Shown here: in pieces, positions 25,658 through 32,630 of the stretch
Layout: each line of letters starts with the position of its first letter
Numbering within the stretch: the first letter of the stretch is position 1
IMG/VR virus record: IMGVR_UViG_3300020045_007716
Span: 1 to 32,630 of that record
DNA: 32,630 nt
Source of the DNA: a virus
Taxonomy: Duplodnaviria > Caudoviricetes
Direction: 5' to 3' (one strand)
Made by a program: the position numbers and the translations under genes
The notes under the pieces: generated by a model
The model's database searches: none
The model's input: only the letters and a program-made list of their open reading frames with translations
Told to the model about the DNA's origin: nothing

Positions 25658-27126
25658 CACTTAGGCCCTATCAAACTGAATCAATCCAGGCACTACGCGA
25701 AGGGATCAAAGCCGGCCACCGCTGCCAGATTCTATGCGCCGCTACCGGATCAGGAAAATCGGTAGTCGCTACGGAACTTTTACGGTGCGCTGGACAGAAA
25801 GACAAGAAATGCCTTTTCATAGTTGACCGCCGAGTTTTAGTCAGTCAATTTTCCGGACACCTGCAAAACTACCGTATCCCGCACGGCATAATCATGAAAG
25901 GCCATGGCAGGACAAAAGACAATATTCAGGTTGCTTCAGCTCAGACCATGGAAAAAATGGACTCCTGGCCGGCCTTTGACCTGATTATAATTGACGAAAT
26001 CCACGCTTGTTTTCGTAAAAGCATAAAAAAACTGATAGAAATGAATTCGGAATCTTCAGTGCTTGGACTCACCGCAACCCCACTGACTAAAGGGTTGGGC
26101 AATGTCTTTTCTAACGTAGTCAACGTCATAACAATGCGTGAGCTGGTCGATCAAGGATTTCTGGTTCCATTCAAGGTTTTTGTAGCGCATGAGATTGACA
26201 CGGCAGGCCTTGAGACGGCCACCACTGGAGAATACAAACCGGATCAACTGGAAGAGAGGGCAAAATTGATCGTTGGGGACGTGGTTCGTGATTACCTTAA
26301 ACTTTCACAGGAGCAAAACACCGGCAAAACCATTTGTTTTAGTTCTGGAGTTGAGCATGGCGTTGAGTTGGCAATGGAGTTTGCTAACCACGGCAAAAAC
26401 TTTGTATCCATATCGTACCGGGATGACGAAGATTACAAAAAAGAAGTTCTGGACGAATTTGCAAAACCGGATTCGAGTCTGCACGGCGTCATATCGACCG
26501 ACATTTTAACCCGTGGTTTTGATCAAACCGACATTGATCATGTCATTTTAGCCCGGCCACTGAAAAAAAGCCTTGCACTTCATATCCAAATGATCGGAAG
26601 GGGCGCACGTTCCCACACAGGGAAAACCCACTGTATCATTCAAGACCATAGCGGAAATTACCTGTTATTCAAGTACAGATTCGACGAAATCTACAACAAC
26701 GGCATTCACAAACTGCATGACGGCATGGAAAAGCCGCCTTCTATACCAAGTGAAAAAGAGAAAAAAGAGTCTTCATGCCCGTCTTGCGGCTTGATTTGGT
26801 CGAAAGGCTCGACGCTTTGTCCTAATTGCGGCTTTGTCTTTGTCAAAAAATCAAACGTAGTGCAGTTACATGGCGTTATGACCGAGTTAAATGGGACGGT
26901 TGAAAAAGCGGCGGTAGAAAAATATTCATCCCAGTACAAAGAGAAATTTTATCAACAGTTACTTGGTTACGCGCGGCAACACCGATATGCGGATGGCTGG
27001 GCCTACCACCAGTACATAAAGAAATTTTCAATCGCTCCCCCCTGGAAAAAACTTCCTTTAGAACCTGGAATTAACGTAATTAACTACGTTAAAAGCCGCC
27101 AAATAGCTTACGCAAAAAGAAAATGA
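25651..27126 (+). CDS. SF2 DEAH helicase (RadD/YejH-like) with C-terminal Zn finger
   Basis: LRPYQ, ATGSGKS, DEIH, GLTATP, LTRGFD, QMIGRG.R, CPSC..CPNC. Confidence 0.92.
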   Translation: MLTLRPYQTESIQALREGIKAGHRCQILCAATGSGKSVVATELLRCAGQKDKKCLFIVDRRVLVSQFSGHLQNYRIPHGIIMKGHGRTKDNIQVASAQTMEKMDSWPAFDLIIIDEIHACFRKSIKKLIEMNSESSVLGLTATPLTKGLGNVFSNVVNVITMRELVDQGFLVPFKVFVAHEIDTAGLETATTGEYKPDQLEERAKLIVGDVVRDYLKLSQEQNTGKTICFSSGVEHGVELAMEFANHGKNFVSISYRDDEDYKKEVLDEFAKPDSSLHGVISTDILTRGFDQTDIDHVILARPLKKSLALHIQMIGRGARSHTGKTHCIIQDHSGNYLLFKYRFDEIYNNGIHKLHDGMEKPPSIPSEKEKKESSCPSCGLIWSKGSTLCPNCGFVFVKKSNVVQLHGVMTELNGTVEKAAVEKYSSQYKEKFYQQLLGYARQHRYADGWAYHQYIKKFSIAPPWKKLPLEPGINVINYVKSRQIAYAKRK

Positions 27127-27578
27127 CTACTCTATTCTTAAGAAAAATCCACAACGTTTTTATCCCAGCCGACGCAATAACGCAGGCTGAAATGGAAACT
27201 ATGCACGATTGCGAATATAAAGCGGAAGTGACAAAACCGCGCAATTATTCATTCCTCAAAAAATTCTTTGCTCTAGTGAAAGTGGCGTTCGATGCGTGGG
27301 AAGGGCCGATAACAGAATATAAGGGTATGCCCGTAGAAAAGAATCTGGAGCGATTCAGGAAGGATCTATTGATTATGGCTGGGTATGGGTACCCTGTTGT
27401 AAATATCGCCGGGAAAGTCGAATTTGAGGCCAAATCGATAGCATTCGGAAGCATGGACGAAACAGAATTTGGTGAATTGTACAGTAAAGTGATTGACGTG
27501 ATTTTATCCAATGTGTTGAATCACTACACAAGAGACGATTTAGATTCGATGGTCAACAATATATTGAGGTTTAGCTAA
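27123..27578 (+). CDS. DUF1367-family protein
   Basis: PRNY.F.KKFFAL...AFD.W, FRK.L.I.AG, KSIAF.SMDE.EF..LY. Confidence 0.8.
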   Translation: MTTLFLRKIHNVFIPADAITQAEMETMHDCEYKAEVTKPRNYSFLKKFFALVKVAFDAWEGPITEYKGMPVEKNLERFRKDLLIMAGYGYPVVNIAGKVEFEAKSIAFGSMDETEFGELYSKVIDVILSNVLNHYTRDDLDSMVNNILRFS

Positions 27579-27763
27579 TGAAATATGCAGTGATGGTTAA
27601 AAAGTCCAGGCAAAAACACATATGCACCCCAGGTGAAATATGGGTAAAGGACAAAGATTCAATTTACTACGTCAACATAGACGAGCGCGGCGTATGGGAT
27701 ACCATAGAGGAAGCAGAGCAGGCAAAATTATATGACGATGAAATAGTGTTTGAGGTTAGCTAA
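27578..27763 (+). CDS. Hypothetical protein flanked by direct repeats
   Basis: 61 aa, TAATG-coupled at both ends. Confidence 0.6.
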   Translation: MKYAVMVKKSRQKHICTPGEIWVKDKDSIYYVNIDERGVWDTIEEAEQAKLYDDEIVFEVS

Positions 27764-27936
27764 TGAATATATTACGAAAAAATATGACCCTGATTGAATA
27801 TTTGCGTGCCTACAATCAATGGAGAAGGGGTAAAAATTGTATAAATTTCCACCCTAAAGAAGTTTGCCTTGTTATCGACGAAGTTATAGAAATCTTGGAG
27901 TCTCAAGATGCAAAAAAGAAAACCATATCGGAATAA
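27763..27936 (+). CDS. Hypothetical protein (57 aa)
   Basis: LRAYNQWRRG...PKEV..VID; TAATG-coupled; absent from the ORF track. Confidence 0.55.
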   Translation: MNILRKNMTLIEYLRAYNQWRRGKNCINFHPKEVCLVIDEVIEILESQDAKKKTISE

Positions 27937-28216
27937 AAAAATTCTGGATCATGCCAAAGGGCAGGAATGTCAAATCAGGCTCCCAGGTTGCCTACACAAT
28001 ACCGAAACAACAGTGGCCGCGCATATACATGCCTATGAATTCGGGCATGGTATGGGGCAAAAAGCGGACGATTACGCGATTGCCTATGTTTGCCACAATT
28101 GCCATTTAATATTAGACGGTTGGCATGATTTTGATATTGACTGGGTGGAGGGGATGTTTCACCTGGCCAATACCCGAACAATTGGGATTTTGTTCAGGGA
28201 CGGCATTATAAAATGA
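27908..28216 (+). CDS. DUF1364/YbcO-like putative nuclease
   Basis: AKGQECQIRLPG..H..ETTV.AH...GMGQK.DD.....C..CH..LDG. Confidence 0.85.
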   Translation: MQKRKPYRNKKILDHAKGQECQIRLPGCLHNTETTVAAHIHAYEFGHGMGQKADDYAIAYVCHNCHLILDGWHDFDIDWVEGMFHLANTRTIGILFRDGIIK

Positions 28217-28878
28217 GGTTTGACCAAACCGACGAAATGACACGGCGCATACAGCGCGAATTAAAACAAATAGAACAGGACAAGGAGGGCGAAAAAAAAC
28301 AGGATGACGCAATAAAAAGGGCATGGACGATCATTGCAAACGCCACCAGACAGCATCACGCCTATCTCGAATACAAAGGGTTTCCGGATCAAATCTGGAT
28401 CGTACACGAAAACAAACTTGTTGTGCCCATGTACCGTCCTACCCTTGACGGTAAGGGGAAATATTTAACAGGGCTCCAATTAATAGACGAATGGGGTGGA
28501 AAGAAATTTCTCTATGGCCAGAAAACAACGGGCGCTTATTACCGCATAGGATATGGACCTATCAATATTTTATGCGAAGGGCTGGCAACCGGACTCAGTA
28601 TTCGAAAAACGGCCGCTAGCGCAATCCAAGGGTTGTTTTCGATATGGATATGCTTTTCTGCTGCAAATATAAAAAATGTCGCTAAATATATCCATTCAGG
28701 TTTTGTAATGGCCGACCATGACGGATCAGGCGTAGGCGAAAAAGTAGCGCGGGATATTGGCTGGAATTATTGGTTATCCCCGAATGTAGGTGAAGATTTC
28801 AACGATTTTTGCCGTGGAGTGAGCCTATTTACCGCGTGTCAGGTAATTAAAAAAATGGCGATGAAGCACAAAATATAA
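28213..28878 (+). CDS. TOPRIM-domain primase-like protein
   Basis: H.YL..KG, LQLID..G.KKFL.G, CEG.ATGLSI, FSA.N, ADHD, DFND. Confidence 0.85.
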   Translation: MRFDQTDEMTRRIQRELKQIEQDKEGEKKQDDAIKRAWTIIANATRQHHAYLEYKGFPDQIWIVHENKLVVPMYRPTLDGKGKYLTGLQLIDEWGGKKFLYGQKTTGAYYRIGYGPINILCEGLATGLSIRKTAASAIQGLFSIWICFSAANIKNVAKYIHSGFVMADHDGSGVGEKVARDIGWNYWLSPNVGEDFNDFCRGVSLFTACQVIKKMAMKHKI

Positions 28879-28886
28879 AATACCGC

Positions 28887-28915
28887 TTGACATTGGTATA
28901 AATTTATAATACTAT
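28887..28915 (+). promoter_or_regulatory. Sigma70 promoter with palindromic operator
   Basis: TTGACA-N17-TACTAT; spacer holds the perfect palindrome TATAAATTTATA (28897-28908). Confidence 0.7.
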
Positions 28916-28943
28916 AGACACACGATATTAAACAGGAGGGGAA

Positions 28944-29102
28944 ATGGTTGAGTTCACAGACGAAGAAATGAAGATGCTTAACACCATATTTTGTGAAAAC
29001 TATGTCTATGAAAACGTAGACTACCAAGACGAAAACTGTCCGTGGAGAGCACTTTACACAAAGGTAATGGAATATATACCGGAGTCGAAAGATGAAGAGT
29101 GA
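28944..29102 (+). CDS. Hypothetical protein (52 aa)
   Basis: AGGAGG RBS, MVEFTDEE...; absent from the ORF track. Confidence 0.6.
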   Translation: MVEFTDEEMKMLNTIFCENYVYENVDYQDENCPWRALYTKVMEYIPESKDEE

Positions 29103-29679
29103 AAGCATAGCCGAATTGGCTAAAGCACTAAGTAAGGCGCAAGGCGCTTTTGATCATGCAAAAAAGGACACTGATAATCCTTTTTTTAAAAGCAGGTATG
29201 CCGACCTTGCAAATGTTATTGATGCGGCAAAAAAACCGTTAGCAGATAACGGACTTGCGGTAAGCCAGATTATTGTTGCCGATGAAAATGGAAACGTCAA
29301 TTTGGAAACGCTGTTAATGCACGCGTCAGGGGAATGGATTAGTGGTACTTATCCGATTCGCCCCGTTAAAACTGATCCTCAATCCATGGGTTCAGCGATA
29401 ACTTACGCAAGACGCTATTCTTTTTCTGCCATTACCGGAATAGCGGCTGATGATGATGACGGCAATGAAGCCAGCAAGCCAAAACCTGATAGACAAAGAG
29501 TTGATAAGCCAATTGAGAAATCATATTGGCCACAAGATAAGTTCAACGAAAAAAAGGAAGAATGGAAAGTAAAAGTTCTGTCCGGCGAACGAACAGTTGA
29601 GCAATTATTGACTGTTATGCAAGTTCGCCATTTGTTTACTGAGTCACAAATCTTAGAAATTCAATCATGGGAACGATAA
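29092..29679 (+). CDS. erf: ERF-family single-strand annealing protein
   Basis: NPFFKSRYADL, L.H.SGEW, PQ..GSAITYARRY, G.A.DDDDGN. Confidence 0.92.
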   Translation: MKSESIAELAKALSKAQGAFDHAKKDTDNPFFKSRYADLANVIDAAKKPLADNGLAVSQIIVADENGNVNLETLLMHASGEWISGTYPIRPVKTDPQSMGSAITYARRYSFSAITGIAADDDDGNEASKPKPDRQRVDKPIEKSYWPQDKFNEKKEEWKVKVLSGERTVEQLLTVMQVRHLFTESQILEIQSWER

Positions 29680-30851
29680 CACAAGACCATAAGCTGATGG
29701 TATCGGCGTCGAATTGTCATAGGATAATGACGTGCCTGGATAAAGATTATCTTCCGCAAGGCGCTATATCATATATCAGTGACATGTTTAATCTGTCCGA
29801 TGATGATTTTGAAAATACATATATGTCGGCGGACATGAACAACGGTGTTGAAAAAGAGCCGGAAGCAATAGAAGAATTAGCGGCTCATTTGTGGCTTGAC
29901 ATAAAATTTACTGGACATGCCCAAAAAAGGCTTTACGCCGGGAAAGATTATTATGATTTTTTGTCCGCCCTGACTGATGGGATTATATCCTGTAGTGACG
30001 TAGCTTATACAGTCGAGGTTAAATGTTTAAACAGAGAAAATCATCAATCTGTTTGCGAAAATGTTAGGCGCGCAGACGATCTTAAAAAGTATGATTATCC
30101 AAAATATTGTCAAGTTCAAGCACAAATACTGTGCGCTGAAAATTCATTTAAGAAAAAAACGTTAGGTATCATTGCATTTTACAATGAAAATTGTAAAGAA
30201 CCGCTGCGAATTATATGGATTGACCCCGATCAAGAATGGCGAGATAGACTCCATTCCCGCCTAGGCTTAGCTAAAAAACTCTACCTGGAAATACAGGGCG
30301 AGCCACAAAAACAGGTAATCCCATTAGCGCCCGATAACGAAATTGCAATAACGCCGGATATAGTTAGCTTGCTTCTTGGTGATCCGAAGTTTTTAATGGA
30401 AATGGTTTATGAGCATTTTGGCGTATCGATAGTTGACGGTCATTATACTGGCGGCGATATAATTGATTGCAGTACCAAGAAAGGCCGCGACCAGGCTATC
30501 AAGTTACGATCCAAAATAACCAAGGTCAGGACTGGCGCTGTTTCAATATCAAAGAAGCTTGTAGAAGAGTATAAGCTCAAATGCAAACAGGAGTTGGAAT
30601 TCCGAAAAACGATTGAGGCCGACTGTAAAGCACTCAGTGATTATCTATGCCAAGCCCTGAACACATGGGAAGCTGAGCAAAAGAAAAATGTTGAAGTGAA
30701 AAAGAAAGAAATTGAAAAAGAAGTCAAAGCAGATAAGGATGGCGAAAAAATTATATGGGTACTTGACACCATAAAAAATATGTTCGAGGCCGGTAAAATT
30801 GGCATAGACGAGGCGTTAATGATGGCATATCAAGCAGGATTGGACACATGA
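29667..30851 (+). CDS. YqaJ/lambda-exonuclease-like protein with C-terminal coiled coil
   Basis: SAS...IM, G.E.EP.A, SA.TDG, VEVKC, Y.QVQ.Q; adjacent to erf. Confidence 0.75.
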   Translation: MGTITQDHKLMVSASNCHRIMTCLDKDYLPQGAISYISDMFNLSDDDFENTYMSADMNNGVEKEPEAIEELAAHLWLDIKFTGHAQKRLYAGKDYYDFLSALTDGIISCSDVAYTVEVKCLNRENHQSVCENVRRADDLKKYDYPKYCQVQAQILCAENSFKKKTLGIIAFYNENCKEPLRIIWIDPDQEWRDRLHSRLGLAKKLYLEIQGEPQKQVIPLAPDNEIAITPDIVSLLLGDPKFLMEMVYEHFGVSIVDGHYTGGDIIDCSTKKGRDQAIKLRSKITKVRTGAVSISKKLVEEYKLKCKQELEFRKTIEADCKALSDYLCQALNTWEAEQKKNVEVKKKEIEKEVKADKDGEKIIWVLDTIKNMFEAGKIGIDEALMMAYQAGLDT

Positions 30852-31003
30852 AAACAGACAAATCGAAATCTTTACACATAAACGAAAAAACCCATAATCG
30901 GCTAAAGCTGTACAGTATTCAAGCCGGTAAAACTATCGGTAAGTTGGTGGATGAATTTATCGTTTTTTGCCTTGATCAACTTGAGCTTGATAATAAAAAA
31001 TAA
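30848..31003 (+). CDS. Ribbon-helix-helix/Arc-like regulator (51 aa)
   Basis: KSLHINEKTHNRLKLYSIQAGKTIGKLVDEFI; absent from the ORF track. Confidence 0.6.
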   Translation: MKTDKSKSLHINEKTHNRLKLYSIQAGKTIGKLVDEFIVFCLDQLELDNKK

Positions 31004-31039
31004 AATTACGTCATGAACATTCTATGGATTTTGAAATTT

Positions 31040-31056
31040 AATGACGGGTTATACAA
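31040..31056 (-). repeat. Remnant right end of an attC-like site (F0)
   Basis: AAT-GACGG-GTTATACAA; complementary to TTGTATAAC at 31184-31192. Confidence 0.55.
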
Positions 31057-31191
31057 ATGGCTATTGATTTTAACGATTGGGAATACTACAAAAATACCCT
31101 AAAACCTGTTTTTGGGAACCGAAAAAACTGGTATAGATTTTGTATTATCATGCATAGATTGAGGATGAAAATAATGTTTGGTATTGTATAA
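31057..31191 (+). CDS. Hypothetical protein (44 aa, cassette F0-F)
   Basis: MAIDFNDWEYY...; TAA falls inside the left box of site F. Confidence 0.5.
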   Translation: MAIDFNDWEYYKNTLKPVFGNRKNWYRFCIIMHRLRMKIMFGIV

Positions 31192-31274
31192 CGCAGAGCT
31201 AACCGGGCGCGGCACGGAAAGCTGAGCAATGAATGAAGATTGTGGCCGCGCTCCGGTTGAGCGTAGGGTTATAC
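31186..31274 (-). repeat. attC-like site F
   Basis: GTATAAC-N5-GCT-AACCGG-GCGCGGC...GCCGCGC-T-CCGGTT-G-AGC-N5-GTTATAC. Confidence 0.88.
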
Positions 31275-31510
31275 AATATTTATGGGGAAACATAATGAAA
31301 ATTAAAAAAATTGAGAGTCAAAGCCGCCGCGATTTTTACGCAATTTACACATGTGAGCATTGCGGACATGAAGAACGCGGAAGCGGGTATGACGATGACC
31401 ATTTCCATAGGAATGTTATTCCAGCGATGAAATGTAAAAAGTGCAGCAAGACGGCTGCCGAAGATTACAGGCCGATAGGGACAAAGTATGCTGCGCATGA
31501 AGTTGTATAA
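31229..31510 (+). CDS. Zn-ribbon hypothetical protein (cassette F-G); alternative start at 31295
   Basis: RRDF.A.Y.CEHCG...GYDD..FH..VIP.MKC..C; stop codon in site G. Confidence 0.75.
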   Translation: MNEDCGRAPVERRVIQYLWGNIMKIKKIESQSRRDFYAIYTCEHCGHEERGSGYDDDHFHRNVIPAMKCKKCSKTAAEDYRPIGTKYAAHEVV

Positions 31511-31588
31511 CGCAAAAGTAAAGCGCCCGTGAACGAAGCCAAAAAATGCGCTAACGGTAAGCGGGTCGCGTTGACTGACGGGTTATGC
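31505..31588 (-). repeat. attC-like site G
   Basis: GTATAAC-N5-AGT-AAAGCG-CCCG...CGGG-T-CGCGTT-G-ACT-N5-GTTATGC. Confidence 0.82.
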
Positions 31589-31768
31589 TGCATAGAATTA
31601 ACAAAGCCAATGATCGACGCTTATAACGAGCAATTGGCTGAAATATTGGCTTTCCATGCCGCAAATTTCAACGTAAGAAAGGCAATTGACGAACAAATGA
31701 AAAAACTGGCTTTTGACGCTTACACCCAGGGTGTTTTAGATGGGCAAAAATTAGTGGTTAAAACATGA
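31529..31768 (+). CDS. Hypothetical protein (cassette G-H)
   Basis: GTG start inside site G; ATGA-coupled to the next ORF. Confidence 0.55.
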   Translation: MNEAKKCANGKRVALTDGLCCIELTKPMIDAYNEQLAEILAFHAANFNVRKAIDEQMKKLAFDAYTQGVLDGQKLVVKT

Positions 31769-31917
31769 CCGCGTTTTTTTGGTTTTTAATTGGGGTAAAT
31801 GTCGGTTATTTATTAACAGGCTTTAAATTCGTGCGAAATGCGAATGAAATACAAAGAATTGAGTTTTTCGGCAAACTTTACAAGGTTTTGCACGATAAAG
31901 ATTGGCATGGGACATAA
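31765..31917 (+). CDS. Small membrane protein (50 aa, cassette G-H)
   Basis: MTAFFWFLIGVNVGYLL...; TAA inside the left box of site H. Confidence 0.55.
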   Translation: MTAFFWFLIGVNVGYLLTGFKFVRNANEIQRIEFFGKLYKVLHDKDWHGT

Positions 31918-31980
31918 CGCTGGAGGTGAGGCGACTGGCGCGGCTTTATGCGACAGGTCGCCTCGACCGTAATGTTATGA
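31912..31980 (-). repeat. attC-like site H
   Basis: ACATAAC-N6-GGT-GAGGCG...T-CGCCTC-G-ACC-N5-GTTATGA. Confidence 0.8.
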
Positions 31981-32110
31981 ACGGAGGTTGATATGGAGCG
32001 GGTTTTTTTGGAGAACCCGCATGGCGTGCATGGGTACAGATTTTCCGCACTGGTTGTCGGGCGGCAACCAGTTGTATAGCACCTTACGTTGTTAGATTGT
32101 GGTTATACAG

Positions 32111-32248
32111 ATGATTGACACTCGGTTTTGCATGAGATGCAAGGGTAATTTTATATACGCATACAGCGGTATATTAAAAAAAATGGTTTGCTCTAACTGT
32201 CAGCGCGCCGCGTTGGATGCTGGTCGTAAATTGAGCAAAAACGATTGA
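32111..32248 (+). CDS. Small Zn-finger protein (45 aa)
   Basis: CMRC...CSNC; absent from the ORF track. Confidence 0.55.
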   Translation: MIDTRFCMRCKGNFIYAYSGILKKMVCSNCQRAALDAGRKLSKND

Positions 32249-32273
32249 TGTATAACAGGTAAAATTGTAAACA

Positions 32274-32630
32274 ATGACTATATTATCGATTGACCCAGGA
32301 ATAAAAACAGGAGCTGCCGTATTCGACAATGGGAAATGTATGTTTTTTAAAACATTGCGCGGGCCGATCTCGGCAATACATTTCATTAGATCGAATAACC
32401 CTGTTTTAGTCATATGCGAGGATAGCCGGCTTCAATCACATGTTTTTACGGCTCCAAAACTCAACGCACAGGCGAGACTTAAAGTAGCTCGGAATATAGG
32501 CATGGTTGATATGTGCTGTTACCTGATACAAGTAGAATGTGAGCGAATGCAAATAGATTACATGGCCGTATCACCAAAAGGCAAAGGGATAAAGCTTGAT
32601 GCCAAGGGTTTAACAAAATTAACCGGTATT
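32274..32630 (+). CDS. RuvC-like Holliday junction resolvase/RNase H-fold nuclease, 3'-truncated
   Basis: MTILSIDPGIKTGAAVF...VICED; open to the window end. Confidence 0.75.
   Translation, partial: MTILSIDPGIKTGAAVFDNGKCMFFKTLRGPISAIHFIRSNNPVLVICEDSRLQSHVFTAPKLNAQARLKVARNIGMVDMCCYLIQVECERMQIDYMAVSPKGKGIKLDAKGLTKLTGI

Noticed and set aside
32191-32240. attC-like site starting CTCTAAC
   Set aside because: No complementary arms or right GTT box; it lies inside a plausible Zn-finger ORF.
1-32630. Integrase/IntI, lysis genes, tRNAs, inteins or stop-codon recoding
   Set aside because: None recognised. Core genes are intact and of normal length in the standard code; such genes may lie outside the window.

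Overview
A 32.6 kb fragment of a tailed, podovirus-like phage or prophage. The dif-like sites and promoter types suggest a proteobacterial host. The minus strand (about 20.5 kb to 1 kb) carries the virion module: terS, terL, portal, scaffold, a CsrA-fold protein, N4-gp56/DUF4043-type major capsid, adaptors, tail nozzle, tail fibre, ejection-type proteins and a large internal protein that is broken at about 1 kb. The plus strand (from about 20.95 kb) carries early and replication genes: many small ORFs, SF2 helicase, TOPRIM protein, ERF recombinase, YqaJ-type exonuclease and a RuvC-like nuclease. The main unexpected signal is two arrays of integron attC-like sites (22.85-24.43 kb and 31.04-31.98 kb) that divide small early genes into cassettes, with no integrase in the window. 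Their polarity is inverted relative to canonical integrons: the extrahelical G/T bases are on the coding strand, and some start codons lie inside the site. Also seen: two tandem XerCD dif-like sites, a possible CsrA-like protein/RNA switch ahead of the capsid gene, a 99-bp-period regulatory repeat with a sigma54-type promoter, and an inverted paralogous fragment of the large virion gene. All family calls are from motif recognition by eye; no database searches were run.
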